Assembly: GCA_002412425.1 (NCBI GenBank)
Contig: DHVB01000049.1
Coordinates: 74,401 to 138,400 of the forward strand
DNA length: 64,000 bases
Direction of reading: 5' to 3'
Origin: Bacteroidales bacterium UBA5219
Lineage (GTDB): Bacteria; Bacteroidota; Bacteroidia; Bacteroidales; ML635J-15
Shown here: in pieces, positions 31,101-40,400 of the stretch
Layout: each line of letters opens with the position of its first letter
Position numbering within the stretch: the first letter of the stretch is position 1
Position numbers and translations under genes: made by a program
Notes under the pieces: model-generated
Told to the model about the DNA's origin: nothing
Database searches by the model: none
Seen by the model: the letters and a program-made list of their open reading frames with translations, nothing else

Positions 31101-32369
31101 AAAGAATTTTTAAACGACTTATCTAATCAAAAATATTGGAGTAAAATTCAAGATGTTGATGATGAAATAATTTGGGATATTCGCCAAAAACAAAGAGCAA
31201 AACTTGTAAATTTTGTTAAAGATAAAGTTAGACGAAATTGGATAAGACGCTATGAAGACCCAAAAAACTTAGTTGCAGTTACAGAAAAAATTAATGAAAA
31301 TGTACTAACAATTGGTTTTGCTCGTAGATTTGCAACCTACAAAAGAGGAGATTTACTTTTGAAAAATCCTGAAAGATTAGCAAGAATTTTAAACAATCCT
31401 GAAAAACCTGTTCAAATTTTATTTGCAGGAAAAGCACACCCAAACGACAAAGCTGGTCAAGATTTAATTAAAAAGATTGTTCAAATATCAAAACAACCAG
31501 AATTTTTAGGTAAAATAATTTTTGTTGAAGATTATGACATTAATTTAGCAAAACATTTAGTACAAGGAGTTGACATTTGGCTAAACACACCAACTCGTCC
31601 TCAAGAAGCAAGCGGAACAAGCGGAATGAAAGCTGTTATGAATGGAGCTTTGCATTTCTCTGTATTAGATGGCTGGTGGGTAGAAGGATATAAAGAAGGT
31701 GCTGGTTGGGCTTTACCTGAAAAAAGAACCTATCAAGACCAAGAGTTGCAAAATGAATTGGACACACAAACAATTTACTCTCTATTAGAAAATGAAATTG
31801 TTCCATTATTTTATAAAAGAGACGAAAAAGGCATTCCTCACGATTGGATAAAATTTATTAAAAATTCTATCGCCACAATTGCTCCACAGTTCACAACCAA
31901 ACGAATGATAGATGACTATTTTGATAAATATTACAACAAGCTATATCAACGTAGCGAGTTGATGAAACCAAACCTTTACGAAATGGCATCTAAAATTGCA
32001 GATTGGAAAAAAAGCGTAAAAAGAGGTTGGAATGATTTAGAAATTGTAAGTGTGAAATTTCCTGATTTTGATAAACATCCTCTAAGCGTTAACGAAAACT
32101 TTACTGGCGAAATTGAAATAAATTTAAAAGGTCTTAGCTCAGACGATATTGGAGTTGAGGTTATTGTTACCGATGCTACAACCAATGGCTTTACAAAAAT
32201 TTATGCTATTCATCAAGCAGAATTAGTAGAAGTGAAAAATAAAATTGCAAGATATATTGTCAATTCAGCACCCAAAAAACCTGGATTTTACAATTATGCA
32301 ATTAGAGTTTATGCTAAAAACGATTTATTGCCATATAAACAAGATTCTGGCTTAGTGCTTTGGGCATAA
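28140..32369 (+). CDS. Fusion protein: GT3-type glycogen synthase (N-terminal) plus alpha-glucan phosphorylase GT35 (C-terminal)
   Basis: The N-terminal 560 aa has FEVSWEVCNKVGGIHTV and YYEPWGYTPLES (eukaryote-like GT3 synthase). Residues 570-1300 have the DUF3417-type start (LWWTWN) and a PLP-lysine context (EASGTSGMKAVMNGALHFSVLDGWW). The C-terminal 100-aa extra domain is unassigned. Confidence 0.85.
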   Translation: MQNLNKPNYIFEVSWEVCNKVGGIHTVISTKALELSKNCDHHILIGPSIWRETKEHPEFIEDNSLFADWKHHLESKNTHIHIGYWNIPGKPKVFLIDFSKYISEKDSILAKFWEDYRLDSLAGQWDYIEPALFGYASAKIIESFVNFYLSVHDKIVAHFHEWMTGTGILYLKSQMPQIATAFTTHATAIGRSIAGNGLPLYKNLSNYNGDILASEFNIVSKQSLEKLSAHNADVFTTVSEITAQECSQLLSKDVDFVTPNGFENNFVPQPAEYSEKRKTARKKIIEVAQALMNYKYEKEPVIVATSGRYEFSNKGYDLFINALAELNKNTNLKEEVLALILVPANNYGAVNQLYNILNNVEGDTNIVNNFLTHNIHDIEFDPISKRICEKQLFNKAENKVKVIFVPTYLNGDDGIFDIKYYDLLPGLDLTAFVSYYEPWGYTPLESVAFGIPTITTSLAGFGKWMQGVLDENDKSVKVINRTDDNADEVVAEIINYFNFYLALNQKERENLSKSAFAASDNALWTNLIKEYEKAYSFALEKVNDRQDEFVKQIPSRPISETYDKESHSPQWRKLEVKTHVTDRFNALIAISLNLWWTWNKPARTMFKYIDPELWIEHAKNPVTFLENVSISRLQELENDKYFTNLYDSVCKEFYEYIAKKKEKKAPKIAYFSMEYGFDDNLKIFSGGLGILAGDFLKEASDTNTDLVGIGLLYRYGYFKQKITSIGEQNAEYIPQNFDKMPIQPVRDDKNEQMKIMVYFPGRNVYAKIWKANIGRIPLYLLDTDVEENQEQDKYITSRLYGGDIEFRFKQEMILGVGGIRALQALNIYPDVYHCNEGHAAFIGLERLRILRTRRNLKFEEALEIIRASTLFTTHTPVPAGHDTFDENLMRTYMSHYPERLKITWDEMMRLGMLNKGDKFSMSYLAANVSQEINGVSMLHGQVSKEMFKDLWKGYFAEENHVGYVTNGVHYHTWTASAWQNLYLTTFGKEFLNDLSNQKYWSKIQDVDDEIIWDIRQKQRAKLVNFVKDKVRRNWIRRYEDPKNLVAVTEKINENVLTIGFARRFATYKRGDLLLKNPERLARILNNPEKPVQILFAGKAHPNDKAGQDLIKKIVQISKQPEFLGKIIFVEDYDINLAKHLVQGVDIWLNTPTRPQEASGTSGMKAVMNGALHFSVLDGWWVEGYKEGAGWALPEKRTYQDQELQNELDTQTIYSLLENEIVPLFYKRDEKGIPHDWIKFIKNSIATIAPQFTTKRMIDDYFDKYYNKLYQRSELMKPNLYEMASKIADWKKSVKRGWNDLEIVSVKFPDFDKHPLSVNENFTGEIEINLKGLSSDDIGVEVIVTDATTNGFTKIYAIHQAELVEVKNKIARYIVNSAPKKPGFYNYAIRVYAKNDLLPYKQDSGLVLWA

Positions 32370-32601
32370 GTTTTAACACTTCTGAAACACCTTGAAAACT
32401 TGCTGGTTTAACAAATCCGAGCGAGCGTCATGGGTGTTGAAGCGAGCAGAGTGAGCAAAGCGAAGTCTGCGAAGCAAACCCAAGCGAGCAAAGCGAGCAA
32501 ATAATTCTTAATTATCGGGTGTTGAGCGAAGCCGAGACACAATTCTTAATTCTTAATTCATCTTCATACTCAACACTAAAAACTCTTTTAACTTTCAACT
32601 G
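32370..32601 (-). repeat. Mosaic word-doublet element (long variant), filling the glycogen-gene/folP convergent gap and the folP 3' end
   Basis: The minus strand starts CAGTTGAAAGTTAAAAGAGTTTTTAGTGTT, matching 10452-10480. It continues with GAATTAAGAATTAAGAATT, GGGTGTTGA(A)GCGA(A)GC x2 and degenerate GCGAGCAA(A) tandem words. Confidence 0.8.
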
Positions 32602-33426
32602 TTTTTTTGTATTGCAATAAAGTTTTACCACTTCCTTAGCTTCTTTAACATCGTGAACTCTTAAAATATGAGAGCCTTTCATTAGAGCTATTGTATTTAA
32701 AACTGTAGTGCCATTTAATGCTTCTAAAGGAGTAATTCCTAAAGTTTTCCAAATCATTGTTTTTCGTGAAAGTCCAGCTAAAATAGGAAGTTCAAACACT
32801 TTAAATCTTTCTAAATTATTTAAAAGTTCAAAATTTTGTGCTACGGTTTTTGCAAATCCAAATCCTGGGTCAACAATTATATCATTAACGCCCATAGAAT
32901 TTAGTTGTGCAATTTTTTCTGAAAAGTAAAAAATAATATCTTCGATAAAATTTTCATAATCAGTTTTTTCTTGCATGTTTTCTGGTGTGCCGCGCATGTG
33001 CATAAGAATATATGGAACATCTAAGTCGGCAACAGTTTCAAACATTTTTTTATCAAATTCGCCACCGCTAATATCGTTTATTATGTCTATTCCAAAATCT
33101 TTTACTGCTCGTTTTGAAGTTTCGGCATACACTGTGTCAAGCGAAAAAATAATATTAGAATATTTTTTATTAACTAAATTTAAAACTGGTTCCAAAAGTT
33201 GCCATTCATCTTCTTGTTTTAAAATAGTTAAACCTGGACGAGTAGAAACTGCTCCAATATCAATCATATCAGCACCATCTGCGAGCAATTTTTCAATACG
33301 TTTGTCGGCATCTTCAACTTGAGGAAAAATACTTCCACTATAAAAAGAATCTTTACTAAGATTTAAAATCCCCATCACTAAAGGCGTATCAACACTTAAC
33401 AATTCAGATTTTACTTTTATAAACAT
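32512..33426 (-). CDS. folP: Dihydropteroate synthase
   Basis: DIGAVSTRPG, FSLDTVYAE, INDISGG and DPGFGFAKT motifs. The last 25-30 codons (KKQLKVKRVFSVEYEDELRIKNCVSASLNTR) are encoded by repeat element 32370-32601, so the native C-terminus is uncertain. Confidence 0.9.
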   Translation of the reverse strand: MFIKVKSELLSVDTPLVMGILNLSKDSFYSGSIFPQVEDADKRIEKLLADGADMIDIGAVSTRPGLTILKQEDEWQLLEPVLNLVNKKYSNIIFSLDTVYAETSKRAVKDFGIDIINDISGGEFDKKMFETVADLDVPYILMHMRGTPENMQEKTDYENFIEDIIFYFSEKIAQLNSMGVNDIIVDPGFGFAKTVAQNFELLNNLERFKVFELPILAGLSRKTMIWKTLGITPLEALNGTTVLNTIALMKGSHILRVHDVKEAKEVVKLYCNTKKQLKVKRVFSVEYEDELRIKNCVSASLNTR

Positions 33427-33583
33427 AATATCTAATTTTAAAATTTAAGCAAAAATACATTTTTTAAAACTTATAGAATATGATTTATCAAAACCTATTC
33501 TATGCTTTTAAGCACTTCGCAAATTATTAATGAATTATTAATAAAATATTCTCCAAAAGCTATGAGGGTTTTAGAAAATTTTG

Positions 33584-33591
33584 TATTTTTG
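33584..33591 (+). promoter_or_regulatory. Candidate -7 box (TATTTTTG) for tmk
   Basis: Exact TAnnTTTG, 25 nt before the ATG at 33617. Supports the shorter tmk start. Confidence 0.35.
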
Positions 33592-33616
33592 TGATTGTTC
33601 GTTAAAAAAATATATA

Positions 33617-34306
33617 ATGGCTTTTTTTGTTATTGAAGGTTTAGATGGTGCTGGAAAGTCAACTCAGTTAGAGCTTTTAAAAGACCATTTTGCAAATATT
33701 GGTAAAAAAACCGAATATATACATTTTCCTACAACCGACTCTCCTATTTTTGGAGATTTAGTGTCTCGATTTTTACGCGGAGAATTTGGCGGAATTAAAG
33801 ATGTAAACCCATATTTAGTAGCTTTATTATTTGCTGGCGACAGATACAATCTTAAAAACAAAATCAACTCTTGGTTAGAGGAAGGAAAAATTGTTATTAA
33901 TGATAGATATGTTTTTTCTAATATTGGTTTTCAATGTGCTAAAATGAATAACGAAAAAGAAGCCTACGAACTTTTTGATTGGATATTTAACTTAGAGTTT
34001 GAGTATTTTAAAATTCCAAAACCTGATTTAAGTATTTTCTTAGATGTACCGTTTTCATTTACCGAAAACAAGCTAAAACAAACTCGCGAAGGGAAAGACA
34101 GAGAATATTTACAAGGAAAAAAAGATATTCACGAAGAAGATTTAAGTTTTCAAAAATCTGTTAGAAAAACTTATTTGCGAGCAATAGAAAAATATCCAAA
34201 CTTAATAATAAGAATAGATTGCTCTGATGAGAATGGACATATTTTAAGTCCTGAGAGTATTTCAAAATTGATAATAAAAGAAATTGAAAAACGTTTTACT
34301 TTTTAA
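33617..34306 (+). CDS. tmk: dTMP (thymidylate) kinase
   Basis: MAFFVIEGLDGAGKSTQ P-loop from the ATG at 33617. DRY motif (INDRYVFSN). Confidence 0.9.
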   Translation: MAFFVIEGLDGAGKSTQLELLKDHFANIGKKTEYIHFPTTDSPIFGDLVSRFLRGEFGGIKDVNPYLVALLFAGDRYNLKNKINSWLEEGKIVINDRYVFSNIGFQCAKMNNEKEAYELFDWIFNLEFEYFKIPKPDLSIFLDVPFSFTENKLKQTREGKDREYLQGKKDIHEEDLSFQKSVRKTYLRAIEKYPNLIIRIDCSDENGHILSPESISKLIIKEIEKRFTF

Positions 34307-34317
34307 AAATAATTATT

Positions 34318-35862
34318 ATGAAATTCTTGAGAAATTTTAGTCGTTTATTTACAGGTATAATCTTTATTTTTTCTGGATTTGTAAAAGTAATAGACCCTCT
34401 TGGTTCTGCATACAAATTTACAGATTATTTTGTTGCAATGCACCTTGACTTCTTAAACGAAGGAGCATTAGTTTTTGCAATTTTAATGTCTATTGCTGAA
34501 TTAATAATTGGTATTGCACTTGTTTTTAATTTATTACCAAAAATTGCTGCTTGGTTACTACTGCTTTTTATGGCGTTTTTTACTCCATTAACACTTTGGT
34601 TAGCCGTTGCCGACCCAGTTAGCGACTGCGGTTGCTTTGGAGATGCAATTATTTTAACCAATTGGCAAACTTTTTATAAAAATTTAGTAATTCTGGCATT
34701 TACAATAATTGTATTCTGGCAAAGAAAGTTATTTAAACCCGCGTATAACTTATTCAACCAATGGGCATTAACAATAGCTTTCACAATTGCTTCGTTTGTA
34801 CTAACATTATACTGCTTATACAATTTACCAATAGTTGATTTTAGACCTTATCACATTGGAGCTAATATTCAAGAAGGAATGCAAATTCCAGAAGAAGAAA
34901 AAGAAAATGTTGACATTTACGAAAGTGTTTTTATTTACGAGAAAAATGGTGAACAAAAAGAATATAGCGAAACTGAATTACCAGATTCAACATGGACTTT
35001 TGTAAACGCCGACCATAAACTAGTGAAAAAAGGTTACGAACCTCCTATTCACGATTTTACTATTGAACCAATTTTTGTTCCTGGCTATAGCCCTGAACCA
35101 GAAAATAAATATGTAAATCCTTGGGATTTAGAATTTGAGTTTACAAAAGATGGCGAAACTATTACTTGCGATTTAGATAGTTTACCAGACCAATCTTGGA
35201 ATTTTAAAAAAATAATTTACAACACAAAACTTAATCCTGACAATTTAAAACTATATTTCTTAAATGAAGAAGGTGAAGAAATTATTGCCAACATAAAAGA
35301 TTTGCCAGACAACAACTCTATATTCCTTGATGCAGAATATATTGATACAGAAAACGAAAACTTTTTATTAAAATATGGCGAAGACATTACCAATCAAGTA
35401 CTTGAAGATGAATCATATGCGTTTTTTGCTATTATGACATTACTTGACGAGGTTAATGAAAAACATTTAGATAAAGTTGCACAAATTTCAGAATTTTGTA
35501 AAAACAACAATTACAAATTTTATTGCATAACAGCTTCAAACTTAGAAGAAGTTTCAGCATTTATAAATTATCACAAACCAAATTACCAATTTTACAATAT
35601 GGATCCAATAACCCTAAAAACTATTGTAAGATCAAATCCTGGATTAGTTTTAGTGAAAAAAGGAACTGTACTAAACAAATGGGCGGCAAAAAACATTCCT
35701 GCTCCTGAACAATTACACAACGACCTAACTGCAAATTCAATAACAAAACATCAAAAAGCTAAAAACAAGTATATTTATCTAACTTATATTTTTGGTACTT
35801 TGTTATTTATGAGTTTATTTCATGGATTTTATAAGTACTTAAAAACAAATAGATATATATAA
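34318..35862 (+). CDS. MauE/DoxX-family membrane protein with large C-terminal soluble extension and terminal TM
   Basis: 4 TM helices with the SDCGCFGDA motif typical of MauE/DoxX. About 300-aa acidic extension. Final TM helix (LTYIFGTLLFMSLFHGF). Upstream of tpiA. Confidence 0.6.
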   Translation: MKFLRNFSRLFTGIIFIFSGFVKVIDPLGSAYKFTDYFVAMHLDFLNEGALVFAILMSIAELIIGIALVFNLLPKIAAWLLLLFMAFFTPLTLWLAVADPVSDCGCFGDAIILTNWQTFYKNLVILAFTIIVFWQRKLFKPAYNLFNQWALTIAFTIASFVLTLYCLYNLPIVDFRPYHIGANIQEGMQIPEEEKENVDIYESVFIYEKNGEQKEYSETELPDSTWTFVNADHKLVKKGYEPPIHDFTIEPIFVPGYSPEPENKYVNPWDLEFEFTKDGETITCDLDSLPDQSWNFKKIIYNTKLNPDNLKLYFLNEEGEEIIANIKDLPDNNSIFLDAEYIDTENENFLLKYGEDITNQVLEDESYAFFAIMTLLDEVNEKHLDKVAQISEFCKNNNYKFYCITASNLEEVSAFINYHKPNYQFYNMDPITLKTIVRSNPGLVLVKKGTVLNKWAAKNIPAPEQLHNDLTANSITKHQKAKNKYIYLTYIFGTLLFMSLFHGFYKYLKTNRYI

Positions 35863-35880
35863 ACTAAAAAATATAATTTT

Positions 35881-36648
35881 ATGAGGAAAAAAATTGTAGC
35901 AGGAAATTGGAAAATGAATACTTTGCCAGCAGAAGGTGCTGAATTAGCAAAGACCATTTGTGAACATGTTAAAACTTTAAGTCAAGAAGAAAAATATAAA
36001 ATAATTCTTGGAGTTCCATTCACACATATTGATAGAGTTGTTAATGCTATTGATTTAAAATTTGTAAAGGTTTCGGCTCAAGATTGTGCTATGTATGATT
36101 CAGGAGCTTATACTGGTGAAGTGTCTGCAAAAATGATAAAATCAATTAATTGCGAATATGCAATTATCGGACATAGCGAACGCCGTCAATATTTTGGAGA
36201 TACTGATGAAGTGATTGCTAAAAAGTTAGAAATGTGCTATACCAGCGATTTATATCCTATTTTATGTTGTGGCGAAAAATTAGAAGAAAGAGAAAACAAT
36301 TCACATTTCGAAGTTGTAGAAAAGCAAATTCTAAATGCTTTATCAAATGTTGATGCTGAAAAAATGCAAAAAACAATTATTGCTTACGAACCAGTTTGGG
36401 CAATAGGTACAGGCAAAACTGCCAGTCCAGAACAAGCTCAAGAAATGCACGAATTTATTCGTAAAATACTTGCAAAAAAATACGGACAAGAAATTGCAAA
36501 CGACACATCTATACTTTATGGAGGTAGTGTAAATTCTAAAAATGCACAACAACTTTTCGACTGCAAAGATATTGACGGTGGTTTAGTTGGTGGTGCTTCG
36601 TTAAAACCAGATGAATTTATTGCAATAATAAATGCAATTAGAAAATGA
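35881..36648 (+). CDS. tpiA: Triosephosphate isomerase
   Basis: AGNWKMN, IIGHSERR and AYEPVWAIGTGKTA motifs. Ends in TGA and overlaps the prmA start (ATGA). Confidence 0.97.
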   Translation: MRKKIVAGNWKMNTLPAEGAELAKTICEHVKTLSQEEKYKIILGVPFTHIDRVVNAIDLKFVKVSAQDCAMYDSGAYTGEVSAKMIKSINCEYAIIGHSERRQYFGDTDEVIAKKLEMCYTSDLYPILCCGEKLEERENNSHFEVVEKQILNALSNVDAEKMQKTIIAYEPVWAIGTGKTASPEQAQEMHEFIRKILAKKYGQEIANDTSILYGGSVNSKNAQQLFDCKDIDGGLVGGASLKPDEFIAIINAIRK

Positions 36649-37469
36649 ATTATATTGAAGTAAAGGTAAATTTTAATAAAGAACAAACCGAACTTAGCGA
36701 AATTTTAATTGCATTTTTAGCTGAACAAGGTTTTGAAAGTTTTTATGAAGAAAATGATTCCTTATTTGCATATATTGAGGAAGCTAATTATAATCTAAAA
36801 AATCTAGACGAATTACTCAAATCTTACAAAGTTTCTTATTCAACAAAAATTATTCCGCAACAAAACTGGAATGCTGAATGGGAAAAAAACTTTGAACCCA
36901 CAGTAGTAGAAGATTTGCTTAGTATTAAAGCACCATTTCACGACATGGATTTTAATACAAAATACAATATTATTATCGAACCCAAAATGTCGTTTGGTAC
37001 AGGACATCATGCCACAACTTGGATGATGTGTAAACTTATTGGCGAATACGATTTTGAAAATAAAGATGTGTTAGATTATGGTTGCGGAACAGGTATTTTA
37101 GCAATATTTGCAGCTCTTTTAAAAGCAAAAGATATTTATGCCATAGATATTGACGAATGGGCTTATGAAAATACAATAGAAAATGCAAATAGAAATAATA
37201 CTCCGCAAATAAAAGCTATACAAGGCGATATAAATTCAATTCCTGATAAAACTTTTGATTTTATATTTGCAAATATAAATCTCAATGTTTTAAAAAAAGA
37301 TATACCAACTTTGGCAAAACATTTGAACAATGGTGGAAAAATCTTTTTTAGTGGATTTTTAAACAACGAATTAGTACAAATACAAAAAGTTTGCTCAGAA
37401 AATAATTTGTCTTTTAATAAAGCAATACAAAAAGACAATTGGACTGCATGTGTTTTTAATAAAATTTAA
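36645..37469 (+). CDS. prmA: Ribosomal protein L11 methyltransferase
   Basis: FGTGHHATT and VLDYGCGTGILAI motifs. 274 aa. Confidence 0.9.
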   Translation: MNYIEVKVNFNKEQTELSEILIAFLAEQGFESFYEENDSLFAYIEEANYNLKNLDELLKSYKVSYSTKIIPQQNWNAEWEKNFEPTVVEDLLSIKAPFHDMDFNTKYNIIIEPKMSFGTGHHATTWMMCKLIGEYDFENKDVLDYGCGTGILAIFAALLKAKDIYAIDIDEWAYENTIENANRNNTPQIKAIQGDINSIPDKTFDFIFANINLNVLKKDIPTLAKHLNNGGKIFFSGFLNNELVQIQKVCSENNLSFNKAIQKDNWTACVFNKI

Positions 37470-37471
37470 TT

Positions 37472-40400
37472 ATGAAAAAATTAGTTTTCTTTTTCGCTTT
37501 AATATTAATTTCAAATTTAATATTTGCCCAAGCTTTTCCAACTGAACCAGATAGGTTTATAAAAAGCTTTAATTCAGAACTTGGATATACTGGTGAAGTT
37601 GCTAGCACTTCAAAAAATTTGAGCAAAGAATTTACTACTTTTTGGGAAACCGATAGTTTAAGTTTTCAAGAAAAAGAAAAATTTATTAGCACTGCAAACA
37701 ATATGGCTGCAAAGGGTTGCAAAGGCTATCCCGATTTTGTATGCTTAGCCGACAATAGAATGTGGTTTAGTAGAAAAGCTTTTGATAATTCACAATACGA
37801 AATATATGAAAAAGGAATTTTCGATATTTTAAATGCAGGCAAAAGACCAAAACTTAATGATTTATCTGATTATCTTTTAAGTTTCAATTATTTATTATCA
37901 AAGGATATTATTGCAAAAAACCCACGTACACATTGGAAAGTTGAAAATAATTCTTTTGAATTAAAATATGATAAAGGAATAAAAATTCAACTATCTAAAG
38001 TTAATCTCATTGGTTATCAAGGAGTTGATAGTTTAAAAATTTATAGAACAGATGCCGAATATTATCCTTCACAAAACTTATGGAAAGGAGTTGGCGGAAC
38101 TGTTGGCTGGGAACGTGTTGGCTATAGTTTAGATAGTATTCAAGCTCAACTTTCTAATTATCAAATTAATACAAAAAACGTAAGTCTAACTGCTGACTCC
38201 GTAACTTTTAACAACGTCATGTATATTAAAAAACCTATGCTTGGCAGATTAATTGACAAAACTGGAAATTTAGATAATCCTAAAAAATCAGATTATCCAA
38301 AATTTACTTCATACAATCAACATTATTATTTGAAAAATTTTGTTCCCGGAATAGATTACGAAGGAGGTTTTTCTGTTCATGGAAGTAGTTTTATAGCATC
38401 TGGAACAAAAGAAGAACCAGCTACAATGTTGCTTACAAAATCCGACAGTATATATATGGAAGCAAAGTCATTAGCTTTTTATTTAGACACAAAAATAATA
38501 ATTAGCGATCAATGTGCTATAAGCCTACATTTTGGCGAAGACTCTATATATCATCCTTACTTAACTTTTAAATATTATATCCACCCACGTTTTTTAGAAT
38601 TAATTCGTTCTAGAGAAGGTATGAATCAAGTTAATTATTCAAACTCATACCACCAAATCAATATGGATTTCACTTGGATGAAATGGTTTGTTGATAAATA
38701 CAAAATTGAGTTTACAACAATGAGAACTGCAGATTCTAAAGAACCAAACAAAGCTCTTTTCGAGTCGGCAGATTATTTTCGTTTAGAAAGATATAGAGAT
38801 ATTCAGAAAAAAGATGCACAACACCCTCTTGCTGTTATTACAAATTTTATTTCTTCTTTTTGGGGAAGTAATGATTTTCAATTAAACGACTTAGCAAAAT
38901 GGATGGGTTATAGTCCGCAACAAGTAGTGCAAATGGTTTTAGACTTAGCATACCGTGGATTTTTAAATTACGACCCTCAAAGCCAAGAAATTATAGTTTA
39001 TCCTAATGCTTGGACATTTTTACAAGCATATAAAAACCAAAAAGATTCTGACGTTATTCAATTTTATAGCGTAACTGACAGTAATAAAACAAATGCAGAA
39101 TTTAGTTTGATAAACTTTGATTTAAAAATTGATGGAATTCGTGAAATACATTTGTCTGATTCTCAAAACATAAGAGTTTTCCCTAACAATAAAAAAATTA
39201 CTCTTCAAAAAAATAGAACCTTTACTTTTGATGGAACAATACAAGCCGGGCAATTTTATTTTTACGGTAGCAACTACAAATTCGACTACAACAGATTTAT
39301 GATAGAATTAAATCAATGTGATTCTATGAAAATGGTTGCAGAAACAGACTTCTTAGATTCAGATGGAACTTACAAACCTGCTATTGTTAGAAATAAATTA
39401 GAACAAATAAATGGAGAGTTTTATATTGACGAACCATTGAACAAATCTGGAAGACAAGATTTCCCAGAATATCCCAAACTTATTTCAAACGAAAAAACTT
39501 ATGTTTACTATGATAGACCCGATGTTTATAACGGAATTTATAAACGAAACAATTTTTATTTTGAAGTTGACCCATTTGAGTTAGACAGTATAAAAGGTTA
39601 TTCAAGAGACAATTTGCGATTTAAAGGCACTCTTTATTCTGCCGATATTTTTCCACCTATAAAAGAAACTTTAGTATTACGTAAAAATGATTTCTCACTT
39701 GGCTTTAACACAAGAACAGGACCTGTTGGGTTACCGCTATACAGTGGCAAAGCAACATTTTGGCATGAAATAGATTTAAGTAACCAAGGACTTCGTGGGT
39801 CTGGAAGAATAGAATATCTCGCTGCAAATATGAATCCTGATTATTTGATATTTTTCCCAAAATTTATGGAAGGACATACTCCAAATTTTGAATTGAAAAA
39901 ACAATCAGCACCTATAGAATATCCTAAAGTTGAAGGAAGAGACAATACTTTAAGATGGAATGTTGAAGATGATGATTTTATGATTAAAAGAGACACCTCC
40001 AACTTTACAATGTACGAAGGAAAAGGTAGTTTTGAAGGAGATTTGAATTTAAAATCTTCAGGACTTGAAGGAGATGGAACAATGTTTATAGATAAAGCAA
40101 AAATAGCATCAGATTTAATAAGCTTTAAGCAAAATGTTTTTGATTCTGACACTGCAAATTTTGACCTTTACACAATTAACGCTCTAAATGTTGATTTTAA
40201 ATCAGATAACGTAAAAACACATATAGATTTTATAGACAGAAAAGGAGTGTTTAAATCAAACGGCGAAAATACTATTTGGACTTTTCCAAAAAACAAATAT
40301 ATGAGCGAAATGAACGAGATGACTTGGTATATGGATAAAGAAGAAATTGCTATTAGTGCCGACACAGATGTTTTGGAAAAGTTAGAAAAAGAAGGAGCAT

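Noticed and set aside
32975-33322. Plus-strand ORF of 115 aa
   Set aside because: It is antisense within folP and has no recognisable motifs.
33581-33616. TTG-initiated extension of tmk, and similar upstream extensions of yicC (52779), etfA (22623), the transglutaminase-like gene (14934), pyrG (3599), the ABC-F gene (18355) and higB (11307)
   Set aside because: In each case an in-frame ATG gives the canonical family N-terminus or a proper signal peptide. For tmk, yicC and the transglutaminase-like gene, a TAnnTTTG box lies inside the extension or overlaps its alternative start codon. For etfA the extension would overlap etfB.
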